Source of the DNA: Candidatus Omnitrophota bacterium
GTDB lineage: Bacteria; Omnitrophota; Gorgyraeia; Gygaellales; Profunditerraquicolaceae
Direction: 5' to 3'
Assembly (NCBI GenBank): GCA_028712175.1
Contig: JAQTQQ010000004.1
Coordinates: forward strand, 2,180-66,179
Length of the DNA: 64,000 nucleotides
In this document: positions 9,609 to 18,753 of the stretch, one piece after another
How positions within the stretch are numbered: position 1 is the stretch's first letter
How the letters are laid out: the number at the start of each line of letters is the position of its first letter
Translations under genes and position numbers: made by a program
Notes under the pieces: model-generated
What the model was told of the DNA's origin: nothing
The model's database searches: none
The model's input: only the letters and a program-made list of their open reading frames with translations

Positions 9609-11687
9609 TTAAGCTGCTTCAGCCTGTTTCTTGCTTAAATTAATTCTTCCTAACTCATCTATGCCAATAACTTTAACCTTGAATTCGTCTCCGACTTTAA
9701 CAAGATCATCAATCTTCTTAACAAAAGTACTGGACAATTCAGAAACATGCACTAACCCTTCTTTACGCGGAGCTATCTCAACAAAAGCGCCAAATTGCAT
9801 AATCCGCTTAACTTTGCCGAAGTAAATTCTGCCTACCTCTACATCCTCAGTGATTGCCTTGATCATTTTAATGGCAGCAACTGATTTCTCAGCATCGATT
9901 GAGCCGACCAAGACCGTACCGTCGTCCTTTATATCTATACTCGCTCCGGTAGCGGCGATTATAGCTTTAATCGTTTTCCCTCCGGGGCCGATAAGCTCCC
10001 CGATTTTTTCAGTATTGATTTTTAAAACATCAATGCGCGGAGCAAAACTAGAAAGTTCCTCTCGCGGGGTGCCTAAAGCCATGCTCATTTTATCTAAAAT
10101 AAACAGCCTGCCTTCCTTAGATTGAGCAAGGCATTCCTTAAGCAACTCCAGGGAAATACCGTCGATCTTAAGGTCTAGCTGAACCGCGGTAACCCCTGTA
10201 CGCGTTCCGGCAACTTTAAAATCCATATCTCCAAAGTGGTCTTCCAGCCCGGCAATATCCGTAAGGATCACCGTTTTATTGCCTTCTTTAACCAAACCTA
10301 AAGCAACCCCGCCAACAGCATCCCTGATAGGAACACCAGCATCCATCAATGAAAGGGTCGCCGCACAAACCGATGCCATAGAGCTGGATCCATTAGATTC
10401 TAAAATTTCAGAAACTACCCTAATTGTATAAGGAAACTTTTCTTTTGTCGGCATCACCGCAAGCAAAGCCTTCTCTGCTAGGGCCCCATGGCCAATTTCA
10501 CGCCTACCGGGTGAACGCACAGGCCGGGTTTCACCGACGCTAAAAGAAGGAAAATTATAATGCAACATGAACGATTTCTTCTTTTCTCCGTCCAAAGCCT
10601 CTATTAGCTGTTCATCTTCACCGGTACCTAAAGTGGTTATAGCCATGCTCTGAGTTTGTCCTCGAGTAAAAAGGCTTGAGCCATGGGTACGCGGAAGCAC
10701 AGAAACTTCACATGCAATTGGGCGGATTTCTTTAAAAGAACGCCCGTCAATACGGATATTATCATCAAGGATCATTTTACGAACCTGCTTCTTTTCAACT
10801 TCATGCAACCCGGTACAAATATCAGGCGCCAAGAACCCTTCACTAGTAAGCTGCACTTCCAATTCTTTTGTCAATAAAGCCACTGCCTCTTCACGCTCTT
10901 CTTTTTTGCTTAATTTATATACTTCAGCCAATTTTTCGCGGGAAAGCAACTCAATCTTCTGCATTAGGTCTAAATCAATCAACTTAAGCTCGACATTTGC
11001 TTTAGGCTTACCATAAAGGCGGGCAAATTCATTCTGCATTTCAAGAATAGGCCTTAAGCTGTCCGCTCCGAACTGGACCGCTTCAAGGTAAATTTCTTCG
11101 GAAACTTCCTTAGCTTTTGATTCAAGCATAACTACGCCATTTTTATTACAGGCAACCACAACTTCTAAATCTGAACTTTCAATCTCGGCATAAGTAGGAT
11201 TAAGGACAAACTCATTATTTATCCTGGCTACCCGGCAGCTAACTAAGGGGCCGTTAAAAGGGATATCCGATATGGACAGGGCAGCGCTGGCGCCGATTAA
11301 TGCCAAAACATTCGGATCATTCTCTCCGTCGCTTGACAAAACGATAGCCATCACTTGGACTTCATGTAAGAATCCCTCCGGGAACAAAGGCCTTATCGGA
11401 CGATCAATAAGGCGTGAACCCAGTATTTCATTCTCAGAAGGCCTGCCTTCGCGCTTAAAGAAACCCCCGGGGATCCTTCCGGCCGCATATGTTTTCTCCT
11501 GATATTCAACAGTTAAAGGAAAAAAATCCTGCCCCTCCCTTATTTCGCGGGACATGCAAGCAGTAACTAAAATAACGGTTGATCCGTAGGTAACCGTAAC
11601 CGAACCGTTAGCCTGCTTTGCAATTTTACCTGTTTCTATGATAAGGTCATTTTTCCCAAATTTAATTTTTAAACTTTTATTCTGCAT
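9609..11687 (-). CDS. pnp: Polyribonucleotide nucleotidyltransferase (PNPase)
   Basis: 692 aa with two RNase PH domains, KH and S1 domains. Sits downstream of rpsO. Confidence 0.95.
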   Translation of the reverse strand: MQNKSLKIKFGKNDLIIETGKIAKQANGSVTVTYGSTVILVTACMSREIREGQDFFPLTVEYQEKTYAAGRIPGGFFKREGRPSENEILGSRLIDRPIRPLFPEGFLHEVQVMAIVLSSDGENDPNVLALIGASAALSISDIPFNGPLVSCRVARINNEFVLNPTYAEIESSDLEVVVACNKNGVVMLESKAKEVSEEIYLEAVQFGADSLRPILEMQNEFARLYGKPKANVELKLIDLDLMQKIELLSREKLAEVYKLSKKEEREEAVALLTKELEVQLTSEGFLAPDICTGLHEVEKKQVRKMILDDNIRIDGRSFKEIRPIACEVSVLPRTHGSSLFTRGQTQSMAITTLGTGEDEQLIEALDGEKKKSFMLHYNFPSFSVGETRPVRSPGRREIGHGALAEKALLAVMPTKEKFPYTIRVVSEILESNGSSSMASVCAATLSLMDAGVPIRDAVGGVALGLVKEGNKTVILTDIAGLEDHFGDMDFKVAGTRTGVTAVQLDLKIDGISLELLKECLAQSKEGRLFILDKMSMALGTPREELSSFAPRIDVLKINTEKIGELIGPGGKTIKAIIAATGASIDIKDDGTVLVGSIDAEKSVAAIKMIKAITEDVEVGRIYFGKVKRIMQFGAFVEIAPRKEGLVHVSELSSTFVKKIDDLVKVGDEFKVKVIGIDELGRINLSKKQAEAA

Positions 11688-11728
11688 GAAGTCACTCTTT
11701 CCTTTTCTGAATTTAACCTTGCGGAGTA

Positions 11729-11998
11729 TTACTTCCTCAAGCTAAGTTTTCCAAGAATCTTTTCGTACTTCTTCATATCCTTATCCTTGAGGTATTTGAG
11801 GAGTCTGCGGCGCCTACTTACTAAAAGAAGCAACCCGCGGCGAGAATGAAGATCTTTCTTATGTGATTTAAAGTGCTCCCCTAGATCGTTGATCCTCTCG
11901 GTTAAAATTGCTATCTGGACCTCGGCAGACCCAGTATCCCTGGAATGCACTTTAAAATCATCGATTAATTTTGCCTTTTGTTCCTTTGCCAAAACCAA
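11729..11998 (-). CDS. rpsO: 30S ribosomal protein S15
   Basis: 89 aa S15 sequence with a TTG start and a GGAGG SD. Confidence 0.92.
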   Translation of the reverse strand: MVLAKEQKAKLIDDFKVHSRDTGSAEVQIAILTERINDLGEHFKSHKKDLHSRRGLLLLVSRRRRLLKYLKDKDMKKYEKILGKLSLRK

Positions 11999-12023
11999 AT
12001 CTCTACCTCCTTTTTTCTTAACG

Positions 12024-12052
12024 ATTATACGGTAATTAATTTAACAAGTCAA
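12024..12052 (-). promoter_or_regulatory. Sigma70-type promoter TTGACT-17nt-TATAAT for rpsO-pnp
   Basis: On the minus strand, TTGACT (12052-12047), a 17-nt spacer, then TATAAT (12029-12024). It is upstream of the rpsO SD and start. Confidence 0.6.
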
Positions 12053-12091
12053 TAATTTCTTTACCATTAATATGTTACCACAAGAAAATAT

Positions 12092-12505
12092 TTATGCAAC
12101 TTCAATTTCGCGGATTTTCCTGCGCACAAATTTCTTTTCTGCATGCCTGCGCTTTTCTTCAAGTATCCTTTTTTTCAGCCCTTTAGGCTTGAGGCGATTC
12201 CTGCGCATAACCTTGGCCTTAAATGACTGATTGGCCAAATTATCCTGCTGGATTTTATTAGCAATTTTACTTAAAAGGATATGCCGGGCTAAAGACCGGT
12301 TTAGGAGCTGGGAACGCTGGCGCTGGCATTTTACCTCTATTCCGGTAGGCAGGTGTTTTAGATATACGCAAGTAGAAGTTTTATTAACATTCTGGCCTCC
12401 CGGGCCGCTTGAACGTATAAAACTCTCTACAATGTCCTCTTCACGCACGCCTAAAAGAGCCATCCTATTTTCTAAGGTTACTGTTTTTACCGGTAGAGGC
12501 AACAT
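12092..12505 (-). CDS. arfB: Alternative ribosome-rescue factor ArfB (peptidyl-tRNA hydrolase, GGQ protein)
   Basis: 137 aa with a GGQ motif (SSGPGGQNVNKT) and a basic C-terminal tail. Confidence 0.85.
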   Translation of the reverse strand: MLPLPVKTVTLENRMALLGVREEDIVESFIRSSGPGGQNVNKTSTCVYLKHLPTGIEVKCQRQRSQLLNRSLARHILLSKIANKIQQDNLANQSFKAKVMRRNRLKPKGLKKRILEEKRRHAEKKFVRRKIREIEVA

Positions 12506-12506
12506 A

Positions 12507-13169
12507 TCAGGATTTTTCCTCCATCTCTAAATCGATATTTCTGATCAAATTGTCCAGATCTTTAATTAAAGACACAGAAAGTATCTTTAACGTGCTAACC
12601 TCTGTTTTAAGCGAACGCAGCTGGCCGAGAAGTCTTTTTAATGCCGAAAACCTCTTTTTTTCCTGTATCTGGTCGCTATCCAGCTCCTGCCTCTGCCGGA
12701 TGATCACCCCTAAATTTTTCTTAACTTCAGCGGCGTCTTTTCCTTTTTCAAATATTTCTTTTTTTAAATTTCGGTAGTCTTCTTCATCCAGACCTTTTTT
12801 ATTCTTTGCCTGGCGCAGGATATCAACCGACTCATAACTGGGAATACTGGCCGGTTTTGCCGCATCGGCATAATCATCTTTTAAATATTGCGGCTCTTCC
12901 TTTTCCAGAAAATAATATGATTTAAGCAGCTTCATTGCAGTTTGTTTGCGTATGCCTATCTCGCGGCTGACATAAACATCAAAATTGAGATAACCCCATT
13001 CTTTATACATTTTGTCTTTATAAACCGAGTACAAAGAACGCCCTAATTCAATCCAAGAGCACTTAAAGTTTTTTGCGCTTTCAAGGACATGATAACGTAA
13101 AGATTTTATATCTAAGGCTTCCATTTTCTCTTCAATACTTCTTAATGATTTAGGCCTGGTTTCCTGCAT
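12507..13169 (-). CDS. Hypothetical protein with a charged, lysine/glutamate-rich C-terminus and a possible N-terminal HTH
   Basis: 220 aa with no recognised family. The segment YLNFDVYVSREIGIRKQTAMKLL looks HTH-like. It is tightly coupled upstream of arfB. Confidence 0.5.
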   Translation of the reverse strand: MQETRPKSLRSIEEKMEALDIKSLRYHVLESAKNFKCSWIELGRSLYSVYKDKMYKEWGYLNFDVYVSREIGIRKQTAMKLLKSYYFLEKEEPQYLKDDYADAAKPASIPSYESVDILRQAKNKKGLDEEDYRNLKKEIFEKGKDAAEVKKNLGVIIRQRQELDSDQIQEKKRFSALKRLLGQLRSLKTEVSTLKILSVSLIKDLDNLIRNIDLEMEEKS

Positions 13170-13181
13170 CTGCTTATTCTC

Positions 13182-14246
13182 CTATTTACCGAAGATTTTC
13201 TTTAATTCCTTGCCCATCTCTTTATACTTATCGATGGCAGTTGTCACTTTATCAACCAACTGTTCCGGGGATTGATTTACCAAATTTTTCATAGCCGCTT
13301 TTAATATCACAGGCTTTATTTTCTCAAGGCTTAAATCCGGGTTATTAAGCTTGGTGTCAATTTTAAACTCAAGGCGCAAATTTCCGTTTTCGTCCGTAAA
13401 CAGGTCCAAGGCATTATCCGCCAGATTAAGAGAAGCAGGCTCAGGGCCTTCGGCTTTTTCATAAATCAGATTGGAAAGAGTAAAGTCGGTAACAATCTGC
13501 AAATCATTTTTCTTTGCCTTAAAAACAGAACTTAGATTAAGCAAGCCCGAGGCAAGTTTTTTATTTGATATAAAATCTCCGTAGTAAGGGGCAAAATTAA
13601 CCACATTCAGGTTTTTAACCTTAAAATCTGCATCCATATCCTGCGCCGGATAATCCAGCTGTCCGTCAAATACAATGCTACCAAAAGGCAAAAGGCGCGA
13701 ATTAACAAGCTCTGCTCTTAAACTAAAATTCGCAGCCAAGGAGGCAATGGGCAGGGTAACTTTGGATATTTTTATATTCAGTTTATCTAAAATTATCTGG
13801 AGGCCTTCGGGCGCAATTTTTTTATCCGTAAAAATTATCTTTCCGTTCTGCACCCTAAGGCTGGTTAAATAAACCGCGGGGCTCTTGCCTTTTTGTTCTA
13901 AAGACGGGAGGTTTAATTTTCCATCGGCTAACTGCACGAGATTAATTACCGGATCGACAACAGTCAAGCCGTGAATAACTATTTTGCCAAATAACAAACC
14001 TATTAAATTAGGGGATAAAGATACCCTCTTAATACTGGCAAAGTCCCCTATCTCTAATCTTTCAAGGTTAATTGTAAAAGGAAGAGTCAGGCTTACCTTG
14101 CTAAGGCTGGCTTTAAGCTTTAGATTCTGCTCGATCTGGGTTTCGATGATCCGGGGAGCAAATATTGCGAACAAAATATTGGCTGCAAGAAATACCGTTA
14201 AAAAAAAGACAAGGATCCAAGTTATTACTTTAAATTTTTTCTTCAT
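13182..14246 (-). CDS. AsmA-family / DUF748-like membrane-anchored protein
   Basis: An N-terminal TM anchor followed by a repetitive beta-rich domain resembling AsmA-like proteins. No closer assignment was possible. Confidence 0.5.
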   Translation of the reverse strand: MKKKFKVITWILVFFLTVFLAANILFAIFAPRIIETQIEQNLKLKASLSKVSLTLPFTINLERLEIGDFASIKRVSLSPNLIGLLFGKIVIHGLTVVDPVINLVQLADGKLNLPSLEQKGKSPAVYLTSLRVQNGKIIFTDKKIAPEGLQIILDKLNIKISKVTLPIASLAANFSLRAELVNSRLLPFGSIVFDGQLDYPAQDMDADFKVKNLNVVNFAPYYGDFISNKKLASGLLNLSSVFKAKKNDLQIVTDFTLSNLIYEKAEGPEPASLNLADNALDLFTDENGNLRLEFKIDTKLNNPDLSLEKIKPVILKAAMKNLVNQSPEQLVDKVTTAIDKYKEMGKELKKIFGK

Positions 14247-14251
14247 TAATT

Positions 14252-14974
14252 TTAGAGGAGTAACGCTTCTTCTATTTTTGAACGGACAGTGTCTCTAAGC
14301 AGGGCAAAATCTCCAGGGCTAAACCCATCCGTTGCTACCTCCGGCAGTACTCTTACCGAAGCCGCAACCGTCGTTTTAAAAACCCAGCTACCCTTAGGAA
14401 TTGCTTCCTGCGTTCCCTTGATACAAATCGGAAGGATTGGTTTTTTCTCCTTAATTGCAAGTTTAAATGCCCCGTTCTGGTATTCGCCCATCTGATCATT
14501 GCTGCTGCGGGTGCCTTCAGGAAAAAATAATACCGACATATCTTTGTGCAGCCAATCGCTTGCCTCTTGGTAAATTTTTTTAATACTGGTAAAATCACCG
14601 CGGGTAAGCTTTATGTGTTTAATCAGGCTTAAACACCAGCCGATAAAAGGTACCTTGAATAAACTCGCTTTAGCTACCCATTTAAACTGCGCCTTAATCT
14701 GATAAAGCACCACAATATCGGCCATACTCTGATGGTTAGCGATAATAACGTAGGTTTTCTTATGATCAATATTCTTCAGGCCTTCTACTTTTACGCGCCA
14801 GAAAGGATTTAAACCGATTACGGCATCTGACCACCAAAAACACTGCCTATGGGTAACCTTCTTTTTCTTATCGAAAGGAAAAAGCAGAATGGTTAAAACC
14901 AAAACCGCAAAAAATAAGAGAATCGTCAGTAAAACACTGCCAATCCATATAAATATAGAAATAATTGCCTTCAT
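14252..14974 (-). CDS. plsC: 1-acyl-sn-glycerol-3-phosphate acyltransferase
   Basis: HxxxxD motif (NHQSMAD) and an FPEGTRS motif, with an N-terminal TM segment. Confidence 0.8.
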   Translation of the reverse strand: MKAIISIFIWIGSVLLTILLFFAVLVLTILLFPFDKKKKVTHRQCFWWSDAVIGLNPFWRVKVEGLKNIDHKKTYVIIANHQSMADIVVLYQIKAQFKWVAKASLFKVPFIGWCLSLIKHIKLTRGDFTSIKKIYQEASDWLHKDMSVLFFPEGTRSSNDQMGEYQNGAFKLAIKEKKPILPICIKGTQEAIPKGSWVFKTTVAASVRVLPEVATDGFSPGDFALLRDTVRSKIEEALLL

Positions 14975-14985
14975 ACTCTACTTTA

Positions 14986-15014
14986 ACTTTAATCCAAATA
15001 ACAGGGGTTGTCAA
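14986..15014 (-). promoter_or_regulatory. Sigma70-type promoter TTGACA-17nt-TAAAGT, short leader
   Basis: On the minus strand, TTGACA (15014-15009), a 17-nt spacer, then TAAAGT (14991-14986). The ATG is only about 11 nt downstream of the -10. Confidence 0.45.
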
Positions 15015-15020
15015 CTTTTA

Positions 15021-17933
15021 TTAACGGATTACGGCAAAAGGGCAAATCTGATTATAGGCGCAATAAGTGCAGGCCTTATATTCGGGCTTAGCAGGATAAT
15101 CCTGCTTGCGGATACCTCCAGAAACAATAAGAATATCTTCTTTTACTTCATCCAGATTATCCTCGGTAAGCTTGTGGCTGCCGATAATCCCTGATTCCAA
15201 AAAATACAGCTCCACTGCAACAGGTAAAACTCCAAATATATACTGATAAGCCAAGGCATAAAGCCGAAGCTGTTTATTTTCCTTAACCCGCTTATCCGCA
15301 TCCTTCTGCGTTTTAATTTCGGAGGTTTTAAAATCCATGATTACTGCCCCATCATCACGCATATCTATACGGTCAAACCTACCGGTAATTTTATTATTAC
15401 CGATTACAAAAGAAAAATCTTTTTCAATGAATTTTGGTTTGAAAGCACGCCTTTCTTCGTCCCTATAAAATCTGGATAGCGCCTGACTTCCTATGCGAAA
15501 ACGCTCTTCCTGATGATTAGCATCTAAAAACCCCTGCGGGTCAAAGTTAGCTTCAAAACAATCCAAGAGCTCATCCTCGGCCACTTTATCCCCATTAAGC
15601 TTGCGCAACAAATACCGGCTAACGGCTTCATGCATTGCCCGGCCATAAATAACCGTATGATGCTCCATAATTGGCACGCGCAGGATATTCACATATCTAT
15701 ATTTTAAAGGACAGGTCAAATAATCATCGATTTGATAATAACTTAAAGTGACGAGCTTGTCCGCAGGAATCTCCTGAAGGGCCGGCTTAGGCAATTCTTT
15801 AACCGGCGCAAAACGCCGAATGCTTTCAATCGCGGCGGTTTTCTTCTTTTCAATCTCTTCCATGGATTTAGTGCCTAAAGCTTCCAAAATAAATTGGCTG
15901 GGCTTGCGCAGGCGCTTTCCGCCATAATCTTCGGCGCTGGTCAAATACAGCTCTGACTTGGCGCGCGTTAAACCGACATAAAAAAGGCGGCGTTCCTCCT
16001 GTAAATGAAAATCCCCGCTGGGAAGAACCTCCTTGATCAAAATATCAGGAAGTTCGATTTGCTGTGAACGCCTGGGAACCGGAAACTTCCCCTGCACAAG
16101 GCTGACTAAAAATACTACCCTGAATTCAAGGCCTTTAGCCTTATGTATGGTTAAAATATTTACCGCGTCCTGATCCATATCTGCCTCAACCGTAGGAGGA
16201 TCGTCTCCCGAATCAATCAATAGGTTAAGATGCCTGATAAAACTGATCACCCGGTCCTCTTTAGCAATAAGCTCAAAATCGCGCACCTGGTTAAAAAACT
16301 TAGCGATATTCTGGATCTTATTTTCTTTCTCAAGGCTTGGGTCATGCGTCAGATATCTAAGGTAACCCGTATCAGTCAGAAAACTATAAAGCAGCCTGCC
16401 GGTTGTTTCATCGCGGGAAACCTGCAGAAATTTCTCAATATCTAAAACCAACTGTTCTATTTTTTTCTTAGTCTCATCTTTTATCTGGCTTAGCTCCGGA
16501 ATATTTTCTAAATCTCCAAACACGGAATAAAGTGAGCGATTTCTACGCCGGGCAAAATGGCTGCACAGCGACAGGTCAACCAGGTCTACTTTATAAATTT
16601 CGGAACTTACCAAATAATATAAACTTAATGAATCTGAAGGATTGGCAATTACACGTAAAAAGTTAATACACAACTTAACCTCGCCTCTGCCATACAGCCC
16701 CTGATTACCGCTAAATTGCCACGGAATACTCAACATATTTAATGACTGAATAAAACTCATAGCGTCGGAATTAGAACGCACAAGAATAGCAAAATCCCTA
16801 TACTTATACTTACCTAAACTTACTTTATCTTGTATAATCTTACTTACATTATCAGCTTCGGCAGAATGCGTATCAAAGTGCAAATGAACGGGATTTGGGC
16901 CTCCACCGGTCAGGCCGATAAGATGCTTATTGATCTTTGCTTTTATCTCAAAACGTTCAGGGTTATTGTGCTGGATTAGCTGATAGCTGCTATCCAGTAT
17001 CGGTTGGGTGGAACGGTAGTTTTTAATTAAAGTAATCTTCTCCGCCTTAGGGTACTCCTCGATAAAGTTTAAGACATTACTATAAGCAGCCCCTCGCCAG
17101 CGGTAAATACACTGGTCATCATCGGCAACTACGGTAATATTTTTAATCGAACCAGCAAGAAGTTTTACAATTTGGAATTGCGCAAAATTCGTATCCTGAA
17201 ATTCATCTACTAAAATGTATTTAAATTGTTTTTGATAATTCTTCAGGACCAACGGATGCTGGCGCAAGAGCTGCAGGCTTAAATAAAATTGATTGCCGAA
17301 ATCAATCAACCCTTCTTTGGCTAAAAGCTCCTGATATTTAAGATAAGCAGCCGCTACCTCCATCTGCTGCAATGCCAGCTCCTCATTAGCCTTATCAAAC
17401 GGCTTATTTTTCGCTTCAACCATAAAATCCTGTGCGTATCTTAAATATTCTTTGGCTGAAATATCCTCATCTTTAGCGCGGCTAAAAAATGAGATAAGCG
17501 CTTCGATAAAACGCGTGGGTTCTGCTAAGGGGCGGTAATAGGTAAGTGAAAATTCGAACAGATGCTCGCGGAAGAATACTGCGGCTTCGGCTTGAGTGAG
17601 TACTTTAAAATCAGGATTAAGCCCGGCGACTAAGGCATTCTCGCGCAAAAGGCGGTCTCCAAAAGCATGAAATGTAGAGATCCAGATATCGGTATAACCA
17701 TAAGGCATCAGGATATCCACTCTCTCCTGCATTTCTTTAGCTGCCTTATCGGTAAAAGTAAGCGCCAAGATTTCATCGGTTTTAGCTAAATCCTGATTAA
17801 TCAGCCAGGCAATACGCTGGGTAATTACCCGGGTCTTACCGGTTCCGGCTCCGGCAATAATTAAAAGAGGCCCATCGCCGAAAGTGACCGCGTTAATTTG
17901 CTCTTTGTTTAAACCTTCTAATACTTTATTCAT
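15021..17933 (-). CDS. UvrD/PcrA-family SF1 helicase fused to a C-terminal PD-(D/E)XK Cas4/AddB-like Fe-S nuclease domain
   Basis: 970 aa with Walker A GAGTGKT and a DEFQDTN motif. The C-terminal nuclease domain has a four-Cys signature (CPLKY ... CTYCAYNQICPF). Confidence 0.8.
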   Translation of the reverse strand: MNKVLEGLNKEQINAVTFGDGPLLIIAGAGTGKTRVITQRIAWLINQDLAKTDEILALTFTDKAAKEMQERVDILMPYGYTDIWISTFHAFGDRLLRENALVAGLNPDFKVLTQAEAAVFFREHLFEFSLTYYRPLAEPTRFIEALISFFSRAKDEDISAKEYLRYAQDFMVEAKNKPFDKANEELALQQMEVAAAYLKYQELLAKEGLIDFGNQFYLSLQLLRQHPLVLKNYQKQFKYILVDEFQDTNFAQFQIVKLLAGSIKNITVVADDDQCIYRWRGAAYSNVLNFIEEYPKAEKITLIKNYRSTQPILDSSYQLIQHNNPERFEIKAKINKHLIGLTGGGPNPVHLHFDTHSAEADNVSKIIQDKVSLGKYKYRDFAILVRSNSDAMSFIQSLNMLSIPWQFSGNQGLYGRGEVKLCINFLRVIANPSDSLSLYYLVSSEIYKVDLVDLSLCSHFARRRNRSLYSVFGDLENIPELSQIKDETKKKIEQLVLDIEKFLQVSRDETTGRLLYSFLTDTGYLRYLTHDPSLEKENKIQNIAKFFNQVRDFELIAKEDRVISFIRHLNLLIDSGDDPPTVEADMDQDAVNILTIHKAKGLEFRVVFLVSLVQGKFPVPRRSQQIELPDILIKEVLPSGDFHLQEERRLFYVGLTRAKSELYLTSAEDYGGKRLRKPSQFILEALGTKSMEEIEKKKTAAIESIRRFAPVKELPKPALQEIPADKLVTLSYYQIDDYLTCPLKYRYVNILRVPIMEHHTVIYGRAMHEAVSRYLLRKLNGDKVAEDELLDCFEANFDPQGFLDANHQEERFRIGSQALSRFYRDEERRAFKPKFIEKDFSFVIGNNKITGRFDRIDMRDDGAVIMDFKTSEIKTQKDADKRVKENKQLRLYALAYQYIFGVLPVAVELYFLESGIIGSHKLTEDNLDEVKEDILIVSGGIRKQDYPAKPEYKACTYCAYNQICPFAVIR

Positions 17934-17957
17934 AGTTTAATTCTTAAAAATCGGTTT

Positions 17958-18074
17958 TAGCTATTAGCTCGTAGCTATTAGCTCTTAGAAAAACATTGTT
18001 TACAGCAAAATAAGGTTAAAAGGCTAAACAGAAAACACTTGGTTTCTAGCTCTTAGCTCATAGCTAAGAGCTAA
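17958..18074. repeat. Modular intergenic palindromic repeat, copy A (heptad arm, core1, core2, inverted heptad arm)
   Basis: Left arm TAGCTAT/TAGCTCG/TAGCTAT/TAGCTCT heptads, then core1 aaaaacattgtttacagcaaaataagg, core2 aaggctaaacagaaaacacttggtttc, and a palindromic right arm agctcttagctcatagctaagagct. Copy B at 18265-18430 has a near-identical layout. Confidence 0.7.
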
Positions 18075-18264
18075 ATCCCATCAACAGTACAAACGCTGCT
18101 AATATTGCTAATATTGCAATAATGAATACAATCTTATGCTTCGGGTATCGCAACCTGCCCATGAAACCAACACTACGATTTAAGCTCTCTCCGCAGAAAA
18201 TGCAAAACAACGCCTCATCATCATATATCGGCTGTTTGCAATGGGGACATGTGTATGCGCTCAT
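18064..18264 (-). CDS. Small zinc-ribbon membrane protein (CPHC...CIFC plus C-terminal TM helix)
   Basis: 66 aa with two CxxC pairs and a hydrophobic C-terminus. There is no clear SD. The stop and last codons lie inside repeat arm R1, and the start abuts repeat copy B. Confidence 0.45.
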   Translation of the reverse strand: MSAYTCPHCKQPIYDDEALFCIFCGESLNRSVGFMGRLRYPKHKIVFIIAILAILAAFVLLMGFSS

Positions 18265-18430
18265 ATTAGCTCTTAGCTCTTAGAAAAACATTGTTTACAG
18301 CAAAATAAGGGTCGCTAGACTATAGTCGATGGTCGATAAAATCTGGCCTCCATAAATTCATGCACAAAAGGCTAAGGCAGAAAACACTCGGTTTCTAGCT
18401 TTTAGCTCATAGCTACGAGCTAAGAGCTAA
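18265..18430. repeat. Modular intergenic palindromic repeat, copy B (as copy A, plus an inserted GACTATAGTC palindrome module)
   Basis: core1 is identical to copy A (27/27) and core2 is about 90% identical. The insert is gtcgctagactatagtcgatggtcgataaaatc, carrying the perfect 10-bp palindrome GACTATAGTC. The right arm is agcttttagctcatagctacgagctaagagct. Confidence 0.7.
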
Positions 18431-18442
18431 TTATATTCTATC

Positions 18443-18470
18443 TTGACAATGCCTGAATTTCAAGTATACT
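18443..18470 (+). promoter_or_regulatory. Sigma70-type promoter TTGACA-16nt-TATACT for rpmB
   Basis: -35 TTGACA at 18443-18448 and -10 TATACT at 18465-18470. It is followed by the SD GAAGGAG and the ATG at 18499. Confidence 0.6.
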
Positions 18471-18498
18471 TATTAAACTTAAATGAAGGAGAAATCAA

Positions 18499-18753
18499 AT
18501 GTTAAAAGAATGCGTAATCTGCAAAAAAGGTGCACTTCAAGGGAAAGTATTATCCAGAAAGGGCCAATATAAAGCTAAAGGCGGTACAGGTTCAAAGATT
18601 GCCCGCTGGAGCAAGCGTAAATTTCTGCCTAATCTACAAAAGGTAAATATGGTGGTCGAGGGAACTTCCAAGAGGGTCTTTATCTGCGCCAAATGCATTA
18701 AAAAAGGCGATTTCAAAAAAGCAGTCCCCAGAAAACCTAGACCCACTACTTAA
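18499..18753 (+). CDS. rpmB: 50S ribosomal protein L28 (Zn-ribbon C+ form)
   Basis: 84 aa matching the L28 pattern CxICxKG ... RxFxPNLQ ... CAKCxKxG. Has a strong SD. Confidence 0.85.
   Translation: MLKECVICKKGALQGKVLSRKGQYKAKGGTGSKIARWSKRKFLPNLQKVNMVVEGTSKRVFICAKCIKKGDFKKAVPRKPRPTT

Noticed and set aside
11688-11728. Possible regulatory hairpin or terminator between rpsO and pnp
   Set aside because: Only weak 4-bp complementarity was found, with no convincing stem or U-tract, so it is not reported as a feature.
17958-18430. Possible CRISPR array, because of the short tandem repeats
   Set aside because: The repeats are 7-nt heptads and palindromic arms with no unique spacers of 25-40 nt and no cas genes. 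The structure fits REP/MITE-like elements instead.
18537-18746. 69-aa minus-strand ORF antisense to rpmB
   Set aside because: It overlaps the clearly conserved L28 coding sequence on the opposite strand. The translation is low-complexity.
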